DNA of 49,978 nucleotides. Origin: Welwitschia mirabilis. Its lineage: Eukaryota. A program made the translations under genes and the position numbers. The notes beneath the pieces are model-generated. The model saw only the letters and a program-made list of their open reading frames with translations. It was not told where the DNA came from and ran no database searches. Each line of letters starts with the position of its first letter. Position 1 is the stretch's first letter. Location of the stretch: contig JBOZIK010000001.1 in NCBI GenBank assembly GCA_051453625.1, forward strand, positions 5,293,456 through 5,343,433. Direction: 5' to 3'. This document shows positions 36,138 through 49,914 of the stretch, in pieces.

Positions 36138-38149
36138 ATATCATGAATTCATAAGTAATTACATCAACTAATTTATCGATTTCTACTTATTTATTAGAAA
36201 TTCTTTGTAGCATGGTTTTCAAGGTGATTGTTAACCTTATTAAATAGAAAATATGTATTCTTCAAAAATTTTCATATGCAAGTGTCTCAATGAATCCTAC
36301 AAATTAATGTTTCATAATTCATATACACGAATTTACTTTGACAAGATGGACAATGAAAGACCATTATATTGTTTTGTGTTTTTGACATTGTACTATGTAT
36401 GGGTCTAGAGTCGTAGCTTTTACCATGCTACCCACCCCCAACCCCTCCCTACCACCAATTTTTCTGAGTTCATAATTCACATGCTACATTTGTTATTGCT
36501 AAGCATTTAATGCACTAGAGAATTGTCTATTTTCTCTTAATGTGACTGCTTAAGAAACTATTTTTTAAGTCTAATTTGTATGTTTTAGTGGGGTGTCAAA
36601 TACTCAAATCTAGTTATTACTATTAATGTTATTATTATCTGAGAAAATACTCTTTTACTTGTCTCTTGTTTCTATTATAGTTCTTTCACGATTCTGCAAT
36701 GTTCCAACAATGACCATACAAAAGCATTTCATATTTTTTAATCATATTATTCTTGTGCTATATGTATTCTAGTGACGTTTATAAGTATTAAAGTTTTCAT
36801 AGTTAGAAAATTTCCTTTCTACTTTTATTTCAATGCCAACGTTCTGCCAATAGTCTCCAAGTCATCGATGAGACTTTTGTTTTTGATGTTGTCAACTTTT
36901 TAAATGTTGGACAAAAACTCATTGAGTTGATAGTGTTGTGATCAGATTTTAGTTCATATCCTTTACAGATGTGGATTGTAGTATTGATTGTCATCTTAAG
37001 ATAGTCTTTCATTTTTTGAGGTTTTCACCATTATTTTTGCATCATAATTATTAGGTCATACTTCATGATATTATCAGTTAGTTACTTCTCTAATTTGTTG
37101 TATTCTCTTCCAAGGAAACCTTCTACGTAAATAAAACTTTTTGTTAGTTCCCTTAAATCTACATTTTATTTTGCTCTTTGGAGGAATGCAATCAAGTACA
37201 TCATAATTAGGATCTACTTGATTCAAGTCTTTCACTACTTCTTGTTGTTGAGCTACATAAGTAGTAATGATACTATAGCAACATCTTCGCTACACGATAT
37301 CACTTAGCAAAGAATGTTGCAATGGTAGCTTGAAGAGGTCATTGTCGCTACTCGCTACTTATTGTCACTGGTTGATCGTTTGGAGACGAAGGCATTGCTA
37401 CTTGTCATCTTCTAATGAGGATTGAGCAATGTCTCACGAAAATTATAGAAACAAACTTCTATTTCATTCTTCATTCAACCTAATAGCAATGATTTTGAGT
37501 GATCAACATCTTTTCTTACAACTCTAGAATAAGTCTTCAAGTAAGCCTCTCTCCTATCTCAAAATTTTTCTTTCATTATGCAATAGTTTTCTTGGTAGCT
37601 CCTAATTTCATAAAAAATGGGGGACATTTTTTAACTTTCTCTGTGGAGGTTAGAAATATACTTATTTTCATACCTGTCTGTTTGCATTTGGAATGCACTA
37701 GTTTCCTTGTATAGTTTTTCATCTTCTCAGTAACTCATAGGTTTGGTAGAGAATCTCTTTCTTGTAGTAGTTTCACACCTAATATTTGAGAAACAGAACT
37801 ATAATACACATTCTTAGGTTTCTCTCTTTTAGTAGTTTCATATATGAGAAATAAGACTATAATACAAATTCTTAGCTCTGATTTTCTTTGCATGTAAAAA
37901 GGCATAACGATACATACATTTAAAGCCCAACTTTGCATTACTTCATTAGATCTAGAATTTGACCTACATAAATTACTAGTTTACTCATTATAGTTCATTT
38001 AATGCTTTAAGGCTATTGTTTGAGGTGCCAACTTAGGAGTAATGTTTGTTCTTTCTAATAGTGGCTTCTTCTACTAGGTCTTTGAGAAGCCTAAGAAAAA
38101 TTTTAGACTCATCAACTCTAATGGTTTATGATCTAGATCTTGACTATGT

Positions 38150-40015
38150 CTGAGAAGGGTAATAGTAGAAGGTCAAAGAGGTTGATGAGATTGACAAAGG
38201 AAGAAAAGTTTCTTTTAGAAAGGCTCAATTTCTAGTGGAATAATCGTTTGGGTTGGTTTTGAAGGAAACTGACAATCTTATGATAGAGAAAATCAACAAA
38301 ATGTAATGGAAATGGAGAGTCTCAATAGAAGGGAAATTTTTATGATACGGAAAGTAGAGATGTTTTCCTAAACATGGGTAGAAGCAGAGATAAGCATAAC
38401 GAATTTTTAATTCCCCTAATCTTTGGAATTCAAATAAAAATTGGAGTTCACACAATGGCTTGAGAATTTGTAGTGTCTAGAAAAAGCAGGAACTTCCTCT
38501 CATTGTTACCTTTGTGGAAAGAAAGGAGGCCATGAGGATACTCTATCAAATTATGATGTAGTCTTAACCCCAAAGGGGTCAAATGAGGATTTTGATAGAA
38601 GGGCAGTAAGTGGTGGCCAAAGCTATTCAAGCCAACACCATTTGTTTTTCCCATTATAGCCATTTGATGGTCCTTGCTTTGATGATATTAGTTCCCATCA
38701 AAGGCACTAATTACAATTTGCCTACCTTCATTTAGACTAGAATCATAGAGTTTATCAAGGAGGGCAAACTAGCTTATTTGCCTTATCCTTGTTTGGTTAA
38801 TAAACTCATTTAGTAATTCATCCCTTCTCTTTTGGACGTGGGCTTCTTAGCTTCATGTGTTGTCACCCTCAGGACAATTAGAAAGATGGGCATTGAAAAG
38901 GAAACGATGGTCGAACCTAAGCTGCCTTTTCCCTCTACTTCTACTCCTGCTTCTTCTTTTGCCCTTATTCTAGCCACATGCATGGCTCGAATTTCTGTGG
39001 AGGATTTCCAAATATTGTTAGCTATAGTCAATGGGTTGAAGTAGGATATGCATAATATGAGGAAGTCTTTTAATCTTAAATGAGTAATTTAGAAACTAAA
39101 ATTGTGGAAGCTAGGACAAATTCTACTACATGCATGAAGGATGTATGGGAGGATTGGCTCAATTAGGCCATACCCTTTATAAGCAATAGAAGATACAAAT
39201 GGTACTAATCACGGGTGGAGTCAACGAAACCCTAGCAAAAATAATAGAAAGATTAAATAGTTTAGCCCTTGGAGTTGATGATGTGAAAAAGGACAAGCTA
39301 AAGGGGCCTTTCATGATGAGGAGAAAGAATTTCCTTCATTTTTCTCTCCCTTCTAAGAGCAACCTCCTTTTGATATCCCTCTTCTTTCATTCCTTCCTCC
39401 TCTGGACAAGAACGATGCATAATGTAAGAGGTGGCCTATATGTGAATAAGATTTTGTATTTTGTAATTGTTTGTAATCATGTCTTACGCTAAAAGTGAGC
39501 TTAGTAGAACATGTATTTTTCAAAAATGTCTTTCTTAACATGAATTTTTCAAAAACATATGTCATGTGCCCCACTCAAATGAGTAAACAACCTATCTTGG
39601 CAAGGTTTGACAGGGGCTTGGTAGGGGGCTATGATGGATGCAAAACAAGGCCTTTAAAAGACACTAATGGTAAAAATCTTAAGTGTGATTTTAAGGTTGT
39701 AAGTCCACTGATAGGCACCCAACATGAAGCACAGAGTGGATGCAACAATGTGATGAGAAGCAAGTAAATTTGTCAAAGCCAACAGTTTCGCCTTTTCCTA
39801 TCACCTAGCAACGTAAGTAGCAACTCCTGCCACTTACCGTTGCCTAGTGACTATCCAATGATGCCTTCTTCTATAACCATTGCCACTTCTCATTGCTCAA
39901 TAACGAAGTAGCAACCACACATTTTCCCGAGATTGTTGCTACTTGGAGTTCCCCATGATACTATCTAGTGACACCTTCTACCTCTAATTTACTAGACCCA
40001 TTACTGTTTGCTTGT
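38150..40015 (+). mobile_element. Athila-like 3' remnant: degenerate extra ORF, PPT and start of 3' LTR (39632-40015)
   Basis: NYNLPTFI*TRIIEFIKEGKLAYLPYPCLVNKLI (~38709-38810) resembles the LPYPxLI motif of plant retroelement extra ORFs. AGGGGG (39623-39628) precedes TGATGGATGC, the same start as 18130. Confidence 0.45.
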
Positions 40016-43000
40016 TGTACCTTTTTGTGACAATTTTATCACTTCACACCATTTCCACCATTTGCCATGCAAGCAACACATGCACTTATATCTTATCCAT
40101 CAAAAACCTCACTTTTCTTTGCCAAGCTTGTTATCCAAACATATATTTATGATGCTTAAAGTACAAGGAAAATATCTATGAAATCAGATTTTCTATATGA
40201 CAAATATTCTATAAGGTTCTTCAGTTAAGTCTTAACTAATGCTTAATTAACTGCCTCCTTAATTAATGGTCAAATCAACATGATTTTTGCATGATTTGAA
40301 TCGCCTTGAAGAGAGCATCAGATTAATGTTTTTACATCATCATAATGAGGTAGTTGCATGCTAAAATCATCACATTCTTTCCATAACTACCTATATAAAT
40401 AACTTGATTTTGCAGGCACAAATGAGATTGAAATATGATGAAAATAATACCATAGGATGAGGGAATTGTCAAGTTCATCCATTTGTAATCAGTAGTTCAA
40501 AATTTCAAGTAGATCTGTTAATCAAGTGAACTAACTCTTAACTAACTAACTGCCCAGAATTAAATAATCAAGGTCTCATTTGAAAGGGCATGAAAAGTTG
40601 TTGTTTTATACTCAGAAATTAGTGCAAATTTAAAGAACGAATTTTGGGGGGAAAAAAAGAAAAAGAAAAAGAGGCCCCTTAAAACTAAATTAAAAGTTGC
40701 CTCTTCAAATTAAGAGATGTGTCTCTTGAGAAGACACCCTTTGAAGCATTTAAATATGGCAAGAAATCTTTCTTTCCAAATCATCCAAAAAAAAAGGTGA
40801 GAGAGAGAAGAAGTAAAAGAGGAGGAGGAGAACCAATAGTAAGAGGAGCATCCCCTATTCTAAGAGCCTGTGCGGTTAAGTGCCTTAGTGGCTAAACTAG
40901 AGCCTGTGTGCGTAAAAAGAAGTTGCCTATGTGGCTGTTTACTGTTATAAAATCAGAGTTCTTTCATTAATTAAAAAGTTTATTTGCTATTAAATCTAAT
41001 TTAATTATCTCCTATTATTTGTGTTAGTTTTCCTTGTAAATTTTCATTTACTATGGTATTTTGGCCTGCTACATACTACATTGTGGTATCAGAGCCAAAA
41101 TACAAGGAAAATTAGTTTTACAATAGCAAAATAAATCAGATTTGAAGGAAGAAAGAGTTATTAAAAGTGGTAAAGTTTGACAAAACCTATTCAAGAAGAT
41201 CCAACAATAAGAGTTATTAAAAGTGGTAAAGTTTGACAAAACCTATTCAAGAAGATCCAAGAATAAAAACTTTGAAGAAATATTGAAGTTTGAGAAACAA
41301 CCATTGATGAAATCATCAAAAAATTAGAAGAGGATTTTGAAAAGGAAGTTGATCCCAAAAATCAAACAAGAAGAAAACCTAAGAAAGAAGGCACTAATTT
41401 AGAAGACTTTGTGTCAAAAGAGGAAGAAGAAGCAACCATGAGCCATACTAGCAATGTTCCTATGTTCAACAAGGATCATATATGGAAAATGAAGATGTCA
41501 GTGCATCTCAAGTCTCTTGGATTGTGGACTTACTCCCAGAATGATATTGACAATCTTGTGCCTACAACTAATCAAGTAAAAAGGCTGAACAAGAAGGACA
41601 TAAAATAAATGATGCAAAATTTTTCAGCAATATGTGCTGCCTTCAATGAAGAAGAAACGAGGCATATTACATCCTAGACAAGGGGGAAGAAGTTGTGGGA
41701 AGGCTTGGATGAGGTCTACCTTGGACATCAAAGGTTCAAGAGATAAAACTCCAAACTTTGAGGGCTGAATATGAGAACATAAGAATGAAAGAAGATGAAA
41801 GTGTAGCAAAATATGTCATGAGAATAGGAGATGTCATAAGGAAGTTGCATGCCGTTGGCCATAATGTCTCTTCTAATGATGTTGCCTTGAAGGTGTTGAG
41901 ATCCCTCACCCCAAAATTCATGAATACATCCATTGTATTAACACAGTTGATTTACATAGTGTGTCATTGGAAGAATTGACTGGAAGGCTCATTCAATCTA
42001 AATTCACCTTGAAATTCCATGAGATATCAATTAACACCCTCTTAATGTTGTTCATCAACAAGAAAACCAAGAAAAATGAGGTTGCTTAAGTAGGAGGAAA
42101 TGGAAGAAGCTTGGAAAAGGAAGAGGCTATGGAAGAGGAAGAGGAAATGGTGGTAGGGATGGTAAAGCCAACACCCAAAGTACATTTCAAGACAATGAAT
42201 CAAACAATGTTGGAAGAGGAGGAGGCAACAATAACAAAGCCAATTACATGTTATTATTGTAGAAAAACTTGTCACGTTGCCATGAATTACAGGCAAAGAA
42301 TTCATGATAAAGTGAATTACAAAGCATGTCAGTGAAGAAAATTCACAGGGTGAACAATACAAGAAAAATGACATGAACTTTGTGGCTATAGAATGCCCAA
42401 TGGACGAATTAAAATTTACATGCCATAAGAAAGATTCTTATGAAAATAAAAGTGATGTGAAAATGGAAAATAATGAACAAGTTTGTCTTCTCGCAAATAA
42501 TGAAGAAGGGATTCTTGATAGTGGATGTATGAGACATATGATGGATCAAAAGGATATATTTGTGTCATATTCAAAAGTGATTAATGGGGAAGTTGGATTT
42601 GGTAGAGGATATAGCTTTAAAAAATTGGAGATATTAAGCTAAGCACATCAAATAACAAAGTATTTATTATAAATGAAGTGCTACATGTTCCTAGTCTTCG
42701 ATATAATTTAATAAGTTTGGGACAATTAGAGAAGGAGTTTGTTGTCATGTTAAAAGATGGATTTTGTCAGATCATAAATGATGGAAACATGCTTAAATAT
42801 CAAGGACAACTAATAATTTATACAAACGTGTGGGGGGTGAGGGGCTGGTGCACAATGCCCAATATCACAAAAAGATGAGTTTTGGATTTGGCATAAAAGA
42901 TTGGGTCATCCTTCAACTCAGTACATGAAGCAAATACTTGACATTTCAATCAAGGGGTAGAATACTTGATGAAAATCTAATCAAACTTATGATGTGTGGC

Positions 43001-43446
43001 ACCACTACACACTTAAAAATCATGGTGGTTGATTCCACTCCACCTTTAAAATATAGGTTTCTATTTTTCATTCGCCATTTCATCAATTCAACATTCCATC
43101 ATTCATCACTTCATTAATTTCTTTTTATCATTTGTGACTAACATGTCAAGGGGAGGAACTCTTGTACCTCTTGTGACAATTTAGTCACTTCACACCATTT
43201 CCACCATTTGCCATGTAAGCAACACATGCACTTATATTTTCTCCATCAAAAACCTCACTTCTCATTGTCAAACTTGTTATCCAAATGCATATTCATGATG
43301 CTTAAAGTATAAGGAAAATATCTATGAAATCAGATTTTCTATATGACCAATATTTCATGAAGGCCATTAGTTAAGCCATAACTAATGTTTAACTAAGTAC
43401 CTTCTTAATTAATGGTCAACTCAACATGATTTTTGCATCATTTGAA
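40016..43446 (+). mobile_element. Non-autonomous Copia-derived gag/protease-only LTR element (TR-GAG-like); 3' LTR truncated
   Basis: 5' LTR 40016-41080 (TGTACC...CTACA), PBS TGGTATCAGAGCC at 41084-41096, gag with CYYCRKTCH knuckle, ILDSGCMRHM, LHVPSLRYNLISLGQL and WHKRLGHPS. PPT AAGGGGAGG at 43148-43156, then 3' LTR from 43163 matching 40016-40300. No integrase core, RT or RNase H. Confidence 0.85.
41153..41264 (+). repeat. 56-bp tandem duplication in element 5' UTR
   Basis: aagagttattaaaagtggtaaagtttgacaaaacctattcaagaagatccaa(c/g)aat occurs twice. Confidence 0.95.
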
Positions 43447-43449
43447 ACA

Positions 43450-46050
43450 TCGTTGCAAGACTGTGTGGGTCTCGACAAGTACTCATGGAGTCCCAAGTTT
43501 TTTCGAACTCGCAATTTGAGTGGGCAGAGACTCGTTTAACAGCAATAAGAAAATGGTGGAGAAATGGCACTGATGAGGTAAAGACCCCATGCTTGGAAGG
43601 GCTAAGAAACATGGAAAGAGTGGAAGGATGAAGTAGCAGCACAAATGAGGTTACCATTAAATTGACACTAGTGGCAATATATCACATGTCCAGTGTAATC
43701 TGCTTCCATTTTTGGCCAAAAGAAAACTTGACAAAGGGGTCTTTTGGCTATGGCATAAGCACGGGGTGCTCGCCATATGCAGCATTATGTAATGCCTTAA
43801 AAGCGTGTGACACCTCGTCTTCATCAAGACATCTGAGAAGCAAACCATCAAATGCTTTCTTATCTCAAACACCATTTTGTATCTGATGGAGAGGTTGCGA
43901 CAGCATTAACCATCCTACTAGGATTACGTAAAGTGGCTACGTTAGTTGCTGGTGGTGAGGTATGTATAGATGTCATGGTACCAAGGCAATGTGGAAGCTG
44001 TAGAGATTTGGTTTTGTTCAATGACTGAGGTGTGGGGTGTTTAATGAAATCATAAAAAAGAGGATATGTAGGCAATATGTAGGTGGAGGACAAGATTGGC
44101 AGTGACGTCGGCAATGTGATTCTCCATGCAAGGTGTGTGATGGAATAGAATGGGGGTTTGTCATGTTATCTAGAGACCTCGAACTAGGCCTTCACACTCA
44201 ATAATGTGGTGTGTGGTACATGGGGAGTCAAGAAGGAAAGCACATGGAATGACTTAAGTGCCACTATGGATGAAAATAGTAGCAATAGTGGCACTTTGCT
44301 TAGATTTGGTGCTGCTAAAGTGCATTCTGATGCGGAATTTCGAGGTAGAGGGTTCTAGGTCATGGATGGCAACAACGATATTGAGGCAACCCTTAGACGA
44401 AGAGGCATCAACTGGTTAATTGCTAGAAAGAGGTGTTATTGCTAGCTGATCTGCGATGAACTATCCTTTGACTAACTATTGTGCTTGAAAGTGGAGATCA
44501 AATTCAACTATAATTGCATGCCAATAGCTAATCTAGATTAGTCGTAGTCAGTGGCATTGAGTACACAAAGTACGTTATCTCAGTAAATGATGTAAACTTT
44601 CTAATAGAAAAGATTATATATGACAATTTCTTGAGAGTAAAACGAGGCATAGGAAACGCTATTCGTCTTTAAAGTATCTAGATTCGTAGTTGATGAGAGT
44701 TCTGTTGATGTAATATATTGGTAAATCTATGCGGGTGTCATTACGGTGGCAAAGAAAGGCACAAAGGGAACTTTCTGTATTTGTTAACTAGACGTAGAAT
44801 AGCTTATTTTCGTCCCAAGGTTGTAGTAGCAGTGGCATGATAAGGTAAGCTTTAATATCATCTATGGCTTTTTGACAATTATAGTCCCATTGGAATTCTA
44901 TATTTTAGCATAATACATGTGTGAACGATTTACATCTAGCTAAAAGATTGGAGATAAAGTGTTGAAAGGATTTTAATTGGCCTTGAAGTCCTCTAAGTTA
45001 GAGACTCTAGTGCTAGCATTTTTATGCTTGCTCTAACCTTGTCTGGATCTACACAAATATCGCCTTTGGAAATGATGAACCCAAGTGTTTTTCCATAGTA
45101 ACTCCAAAGATGGATTCATTAGGGTTTAGATGAAGATCATACGAGAGATAGCATTGCAGAACTATTTCTAGATGTTTTGGATGGTCCATAGCTAGCTTTA
45201 ATCTAGTCGTGACGTCATCTACATAGTTGTCGACAAAAGAGTTAGAGAAGGTTGCCAAAGATGCAATTCAGTGCATGCTGACATGTTGCCCTAGCATTCT
45301 TAAGACCAAAAGGCATCATAGGATCCTAGAATGTGTTGTAGGTTATCATGAAAGTGGTTTTTAGTTGATCTCCTCTGTCGATTTGCATCTAGTTATAGCT
45401 TGAGAAATCGTCCATAAATGACATGAGTTCATGTCTTACCATGGAGTTCACTAGTTGATCAATATTTGGCAAGGGAAAGTCATCTTTAATGTGACTCATT
45501 TGAGATGTCTAAAGTTGATACAAATTTGATAGCCCTGTTTCTTTACGACAATGACTATGTTGCTAATCCATAATCCATTGATCTGGTAAAGCCGACAGTA
45601 AGAAATTTATCCAATTCTTAATTTATAGCAAGGTAGACTTTGGGATGCATTTTATAGTCCTTCTACTTGACTAGTTTAATTACAAGATCCAAGATAATGT
45701 TATGCTAGACAATGGTGTGACTGAGGCCTGGAATATCTAAATAGGACCACTTAAAAGCTTCAAAATATGAACTCAGTGTGAATAGTGGGTGATAACAAGT
45801 TTCCATACTTAAGGACCTTGGGTCATTAGTAGTTTCAAGGTTAATCTCGACAAGTGTATCAGTTGTGAGACCTTCGACCTCATGTTCAAGATGATTAAGT
45901 ATAGTAAGCCAAGTTACAAGTAAGGCATCCTCTTTAGTAACCTCAGCAAGGAAGACACTAAAATTATTAGTGTTGTCAAGGTTGACAAATTACCATTGGA
46001 AGGGTCAATCAATGTTGAATTGAGGGATGCAAAAAGAGATGTTGGAGGAG
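43450..46050 (-). mobile_element. Degenerate Tat/Ogre-clade Gypsy pol
   Basis: RT KDDFPLPNIDQLV (45450-45487), FMDDFSSYN, MMPFGLKNA, YVDD and LHLNPNESIFGV; RNase H and integrase remnants downstream. Confidence 0.8.
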
Positions 46051-47884
46051 TAATAATAGAAGAATCCATCCTATAGGAAAAAGTGAAAAGTGAGGGAATT
46101 ATGTAAGGTACAAGAAAAAAAGATGAAAAAGTGGTGATGTATAGATATCATGCCTAGGAATAATACCTTCAAGTGTGGCCAATATCACACCTATAAGTTA
46201 TATCATTAGAATGGAGGAGAATGTGGATATCACACCTAGGAGTGATATCTCATTTTGGTAGTTCCAATAACATCTAGGCAAGACTTTGGAGATTGGTGCT
46301 TGATGTCACCCCACCATGTAATATTGTAAGAAGTGAGCGATATCATGTCCATATCATTGAATGAAAGGAGGACGTGAATAACACGCCATGGTGTGATATT
46401 TCACATTGCTATGGAAATGATGCTCTTGCATGATTTTGAAGATTGGTGATGGTGGAGATGAGCACAAGATAGCAGGGGCATTAATGTCATGACATGAGAT
46501 TTAGTCTTGAAGGTGTGGGTTTGAAGCTGGCCATGCTAGTGGTGATTATAATGCCTAGGTGTGATAAGTAAGTGAAGATTGATACCACGTTTGGGCCTGA
46601 TATTGAAAGGTGATGGATTTTATGCTTTAGTGTGATATTAAAATGGTGGGTAATATCATGCATTGGCATGATATTGAATGGGTAGTGTATCATGCATAGA
46701 AGTGATACGTAAACTTTGGCTAATACCACACCTTGCGTGATATCAAAACAGCAGCTAATATCACACCTTTATGGCATGCCATCAAGGTAGGTAGAGCAGG
46801 TAGAAAGGGTTTAAAATGAGGGTAAGTAGCAAAGATGTTATTTTACTTATTAGGGTGGTTGTAATTTAGAGAATTCTCTAGTGATGTACAACATTTCCTA
46901 GCAGTTTTCGAGCTACTTGCTAGGAAGTCTTAGAGGATTCGTGTAGTGGATGTCTTGTAGCAATAATACTGTGATGTAGAGAGGTAAGAATTTTTTAGCT
47001 CTCACATGCTTTTGTGATATTTTTCCTTTTTACTTTTGACTAGTCTTTGCACATTGTTTCATTCCTTGGTTGAGTCATGTGACATTGACAAAGGCAAGAA
47101 AATAGTGTTTGGTTTCTATAGAGGTGTCCATCATTTCTATAAGACAATTGTTTCTACATGTTTATCATATGATGTGAAGGCTAAGGGTCAGGTGTCAGTA
47201 AGTACCACAGTTTTGTTTTCAGTACTTTGTAGTGTATCGTGGTTTCATTTAGCCATGGGACACGGGTTAGGGCTATGTGCTTCTTCTCTCAGTTGTGTGG
47301 AATAAACTTGGTAACCATAGACAAGAACCCCATGTTTATGCCTATCGAATGGCACATACCGATGAGATGGTGCAAAGTAATTTTAAGCAAAATTTTCTTG
47401 TTTGAAATGTGAGTTCGTTTTCATAAATTACTCGGCACTAATAAAAACATCAATGTTGCTTTGGAACAATGTCTTGCTAAAGAATTTATGCCCTGTAATG
47501 AATTCATGCTATTTTCTTTTAGGCTAAGTTGAAAGTTTGTTTTGAAACAATTCCCTTGCTATTTCACGCCCATGTGTTGCATGAGTGAAAAATACACACC
47601 CACCTTTTTAGGAGTAGGCTGTGATTCTGAATCAAGTTTGCATTGGGAAATCCTGACACCAAGAGGAATCAATGACAAAGGAGAATACGACGCCTACTTT
47701 GAAATCTTTACTCCTTAAGATTTAACGCCTATAGACTCATGTGTATCAAATTAGCGTCGATGAAATTGATAGTTAGAGCAAATTNNNNNNNNNNNNNNNN
47801 NNNNNNNNNNNNNNNNNNNNNNNNNNNNNNNNNNNNNNNNNNNNNNNNNNNNNNNNNNNNNNNNNNNNNNNNNNNNNNNNNNNN

Positions 47885-49914
47885 GAGGAAGAGGCAATAA
47901 TAACGGGCTCAACAAGGAAAGATTTGCCTATCTAAGGAAGAACTTAGGTATAAGGGCTTACCCCTCCTCACAATAATTTTTAAAATAATTCAAATTGCTC
48001 TTAACTGTGTTATTCTTCGATCTAAGTGGCTTGCGAAATTTCTGGATAGTATCTGAACTATGCATTTTTATCTCACTCGGATGTCCCGGTTAATTATCCA
48101 GATGTCCTTAAGGTTTTTACAACCTGGATGTTTGCATCATGTCTACCGGACGTCCTCTCTTTAATCTGAAAGTGATTTTTCTGGGTTTCACAACCCAGAT
48201 GTTCCGTCAATTTTTTCTGGACATCCACTCTTTAATGTGGACGTAACCCTAGATGAACAACCTCTACCTGTCTCTCTCTCTATATATATTCACCCAATGT
48301 TCTTTTTTTTGTTATTTTTCAAATCTTCAGTCCTCTGGCGCACACACTCTCTCTTTCTTCCTCAATCATCATGGGTAGAAGTAAGTTGGCTGCTTCAAGA
48401 AAAGGCAAGGAACCTGAATCAGAAGAAGAATGGTTTATTACTCCAGAACATAAAAAATCTTGGTTTGGAGGCTTTTCTAAGAGGCCAATTGCTCCAAAGA
48501 TAGACTTCGAGTCTTTTAGACATGAAGTCAGAATTGTCCATAAGTTTGAAGAACAAGGGCAGTTGTATGCTTTAGATGCAGATATTCATGCTTCAACAAG
48601 AATGATACGTTTATTTTACTACAATGCCATTTTTAACCCTTTAGATTGGATTTTTACAATAAAAGTATATAGTAGAAGGGTAGTTGTGGATTTTGAAGCC
48701 ATCTCTTTAGTCACTAGTTATCCAAATGAGGGCTTCTTCAAACAAATTACTTCAGTTAGTTCATTACAAGAAGTTGTCTCCAAAGATATTTTGACTTAAA
48801 AACTTTGTGGCTCTCTATCAATTATAGTGATGGTCTCTATCAATTTTGAAATATCGAAATCTCTTGTCTTTCCTTAAAGCATATTGTCAAAATCTTTTAC
48901 TCTAAAAAGTCTGCAAAGGCCCTTTTTTGTTAAGCTAAACGTGGAAGTACCAAGTAATCTTAGTAGCACAAATTCAGGGGTAGTAACCAGCTCTCCCATC
49001 TTCGAAGTCCCAAAAAAGGTTGTCATCATTGAAAAGGGGGAGATTGTTGAAGGTTTATGTTTCAATGATGATCAATACATTCTATAGNNNNNNNNNNNNN
49101 NNNNNNNNNNNNNNNNNNNNNNNNNNNNNNNNNNNNNNNNNNNNNNNNNNNNNNNNNNNNNNNNNNNNNNNNNNNNNNNNNNNNNNNNNNNNNNNNNNNN
49201 NNNNNNNNNNNNNNNNNNNNNNNNNNNNNNNNNNNNNNNNNNNNNNNNNNNNNNNNNNNNNNNNNNNNNNNNNNNNNNNNNNNNNNNNNNNNNNNNNNNN
49301 NNNNNNNNNNNNNNNNNNNNNNNNNNNNNNNNNNNNNNNNNNNNNNNNNNNNNNNNNNNNNNNNNNNNNNNNNNNNNNNNNNNNNNNNNNNNNNNNNNNN
49401 NNNNNNNNNNNNNNNNNNNNNNNNNNNNNNNNNNNNNNNNNNNNNNNNNNNNNNNNNNNNNNNNNNNNNNNNNNNNAAAAAAGGTTGTAATCATTGAAAA
49501 GGGGGAGATTGTTGAAGGTTTATGTTTCAATGATGATCAATACATTCTATAGCAAATTTAGAAAGTGACGTAGACTAAATTGCATCATCAAAGTAAGCCA
49601 AAAAAGGAGATATCTAGAGTTTGTGCTAACCAGGACGTCTGGATATAAAACTGGGACTTCTGCCCTTGTATGCGGCTTATTGTACAAGAACGTCTGGATT
49701 CGAAACTGTGACATCCGACCCTACAAGGCCTTCGTCTAGAGCATATCAGAAAGTGGGATTTGTATTTTTTGCATGCTGAACCTTCATATCACATCCCTTT
49801 GGTGTTTAGATTCAACACACAGAGACCAAATGAAGTTGAATGGCAAGCGACAGTCAGTGAGGTCACCAAGGACTTGGAAAAGCATATCCACAGAGTCACA
49901 ATGAAAGATAGAGC
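47885..49914 (+). mobile_element. Sirevirus copy 3, 3' part (RNase H end, truncated env-like ORF, PPT, partial 3' LTR)
   Basis: KERFAYLRKNLGI (~47913-47952), GGATGTCC motif cluster and ORF 48371-48799. PPT AAAAGGGGGAGA followed by TGTTGAAGG at 49045 (repeated at 49510 across the gap). Confidence 0.85.
48371..48799 (+). pseudogene. Env-like ORF N-terminal half of Sirevirus copy 3
   Basis: MGRSKLAASRKGKEPESEEEWF...FSKRPIAP...LFYYN is homologous to 14496-14990. Confidence 0.85.

Noticed and set aside
49014-49551. Apparent double PPT and LTR start (49045 and 49510)
   Set aside because: Duplicated across an N gap; probable assembly overlap.
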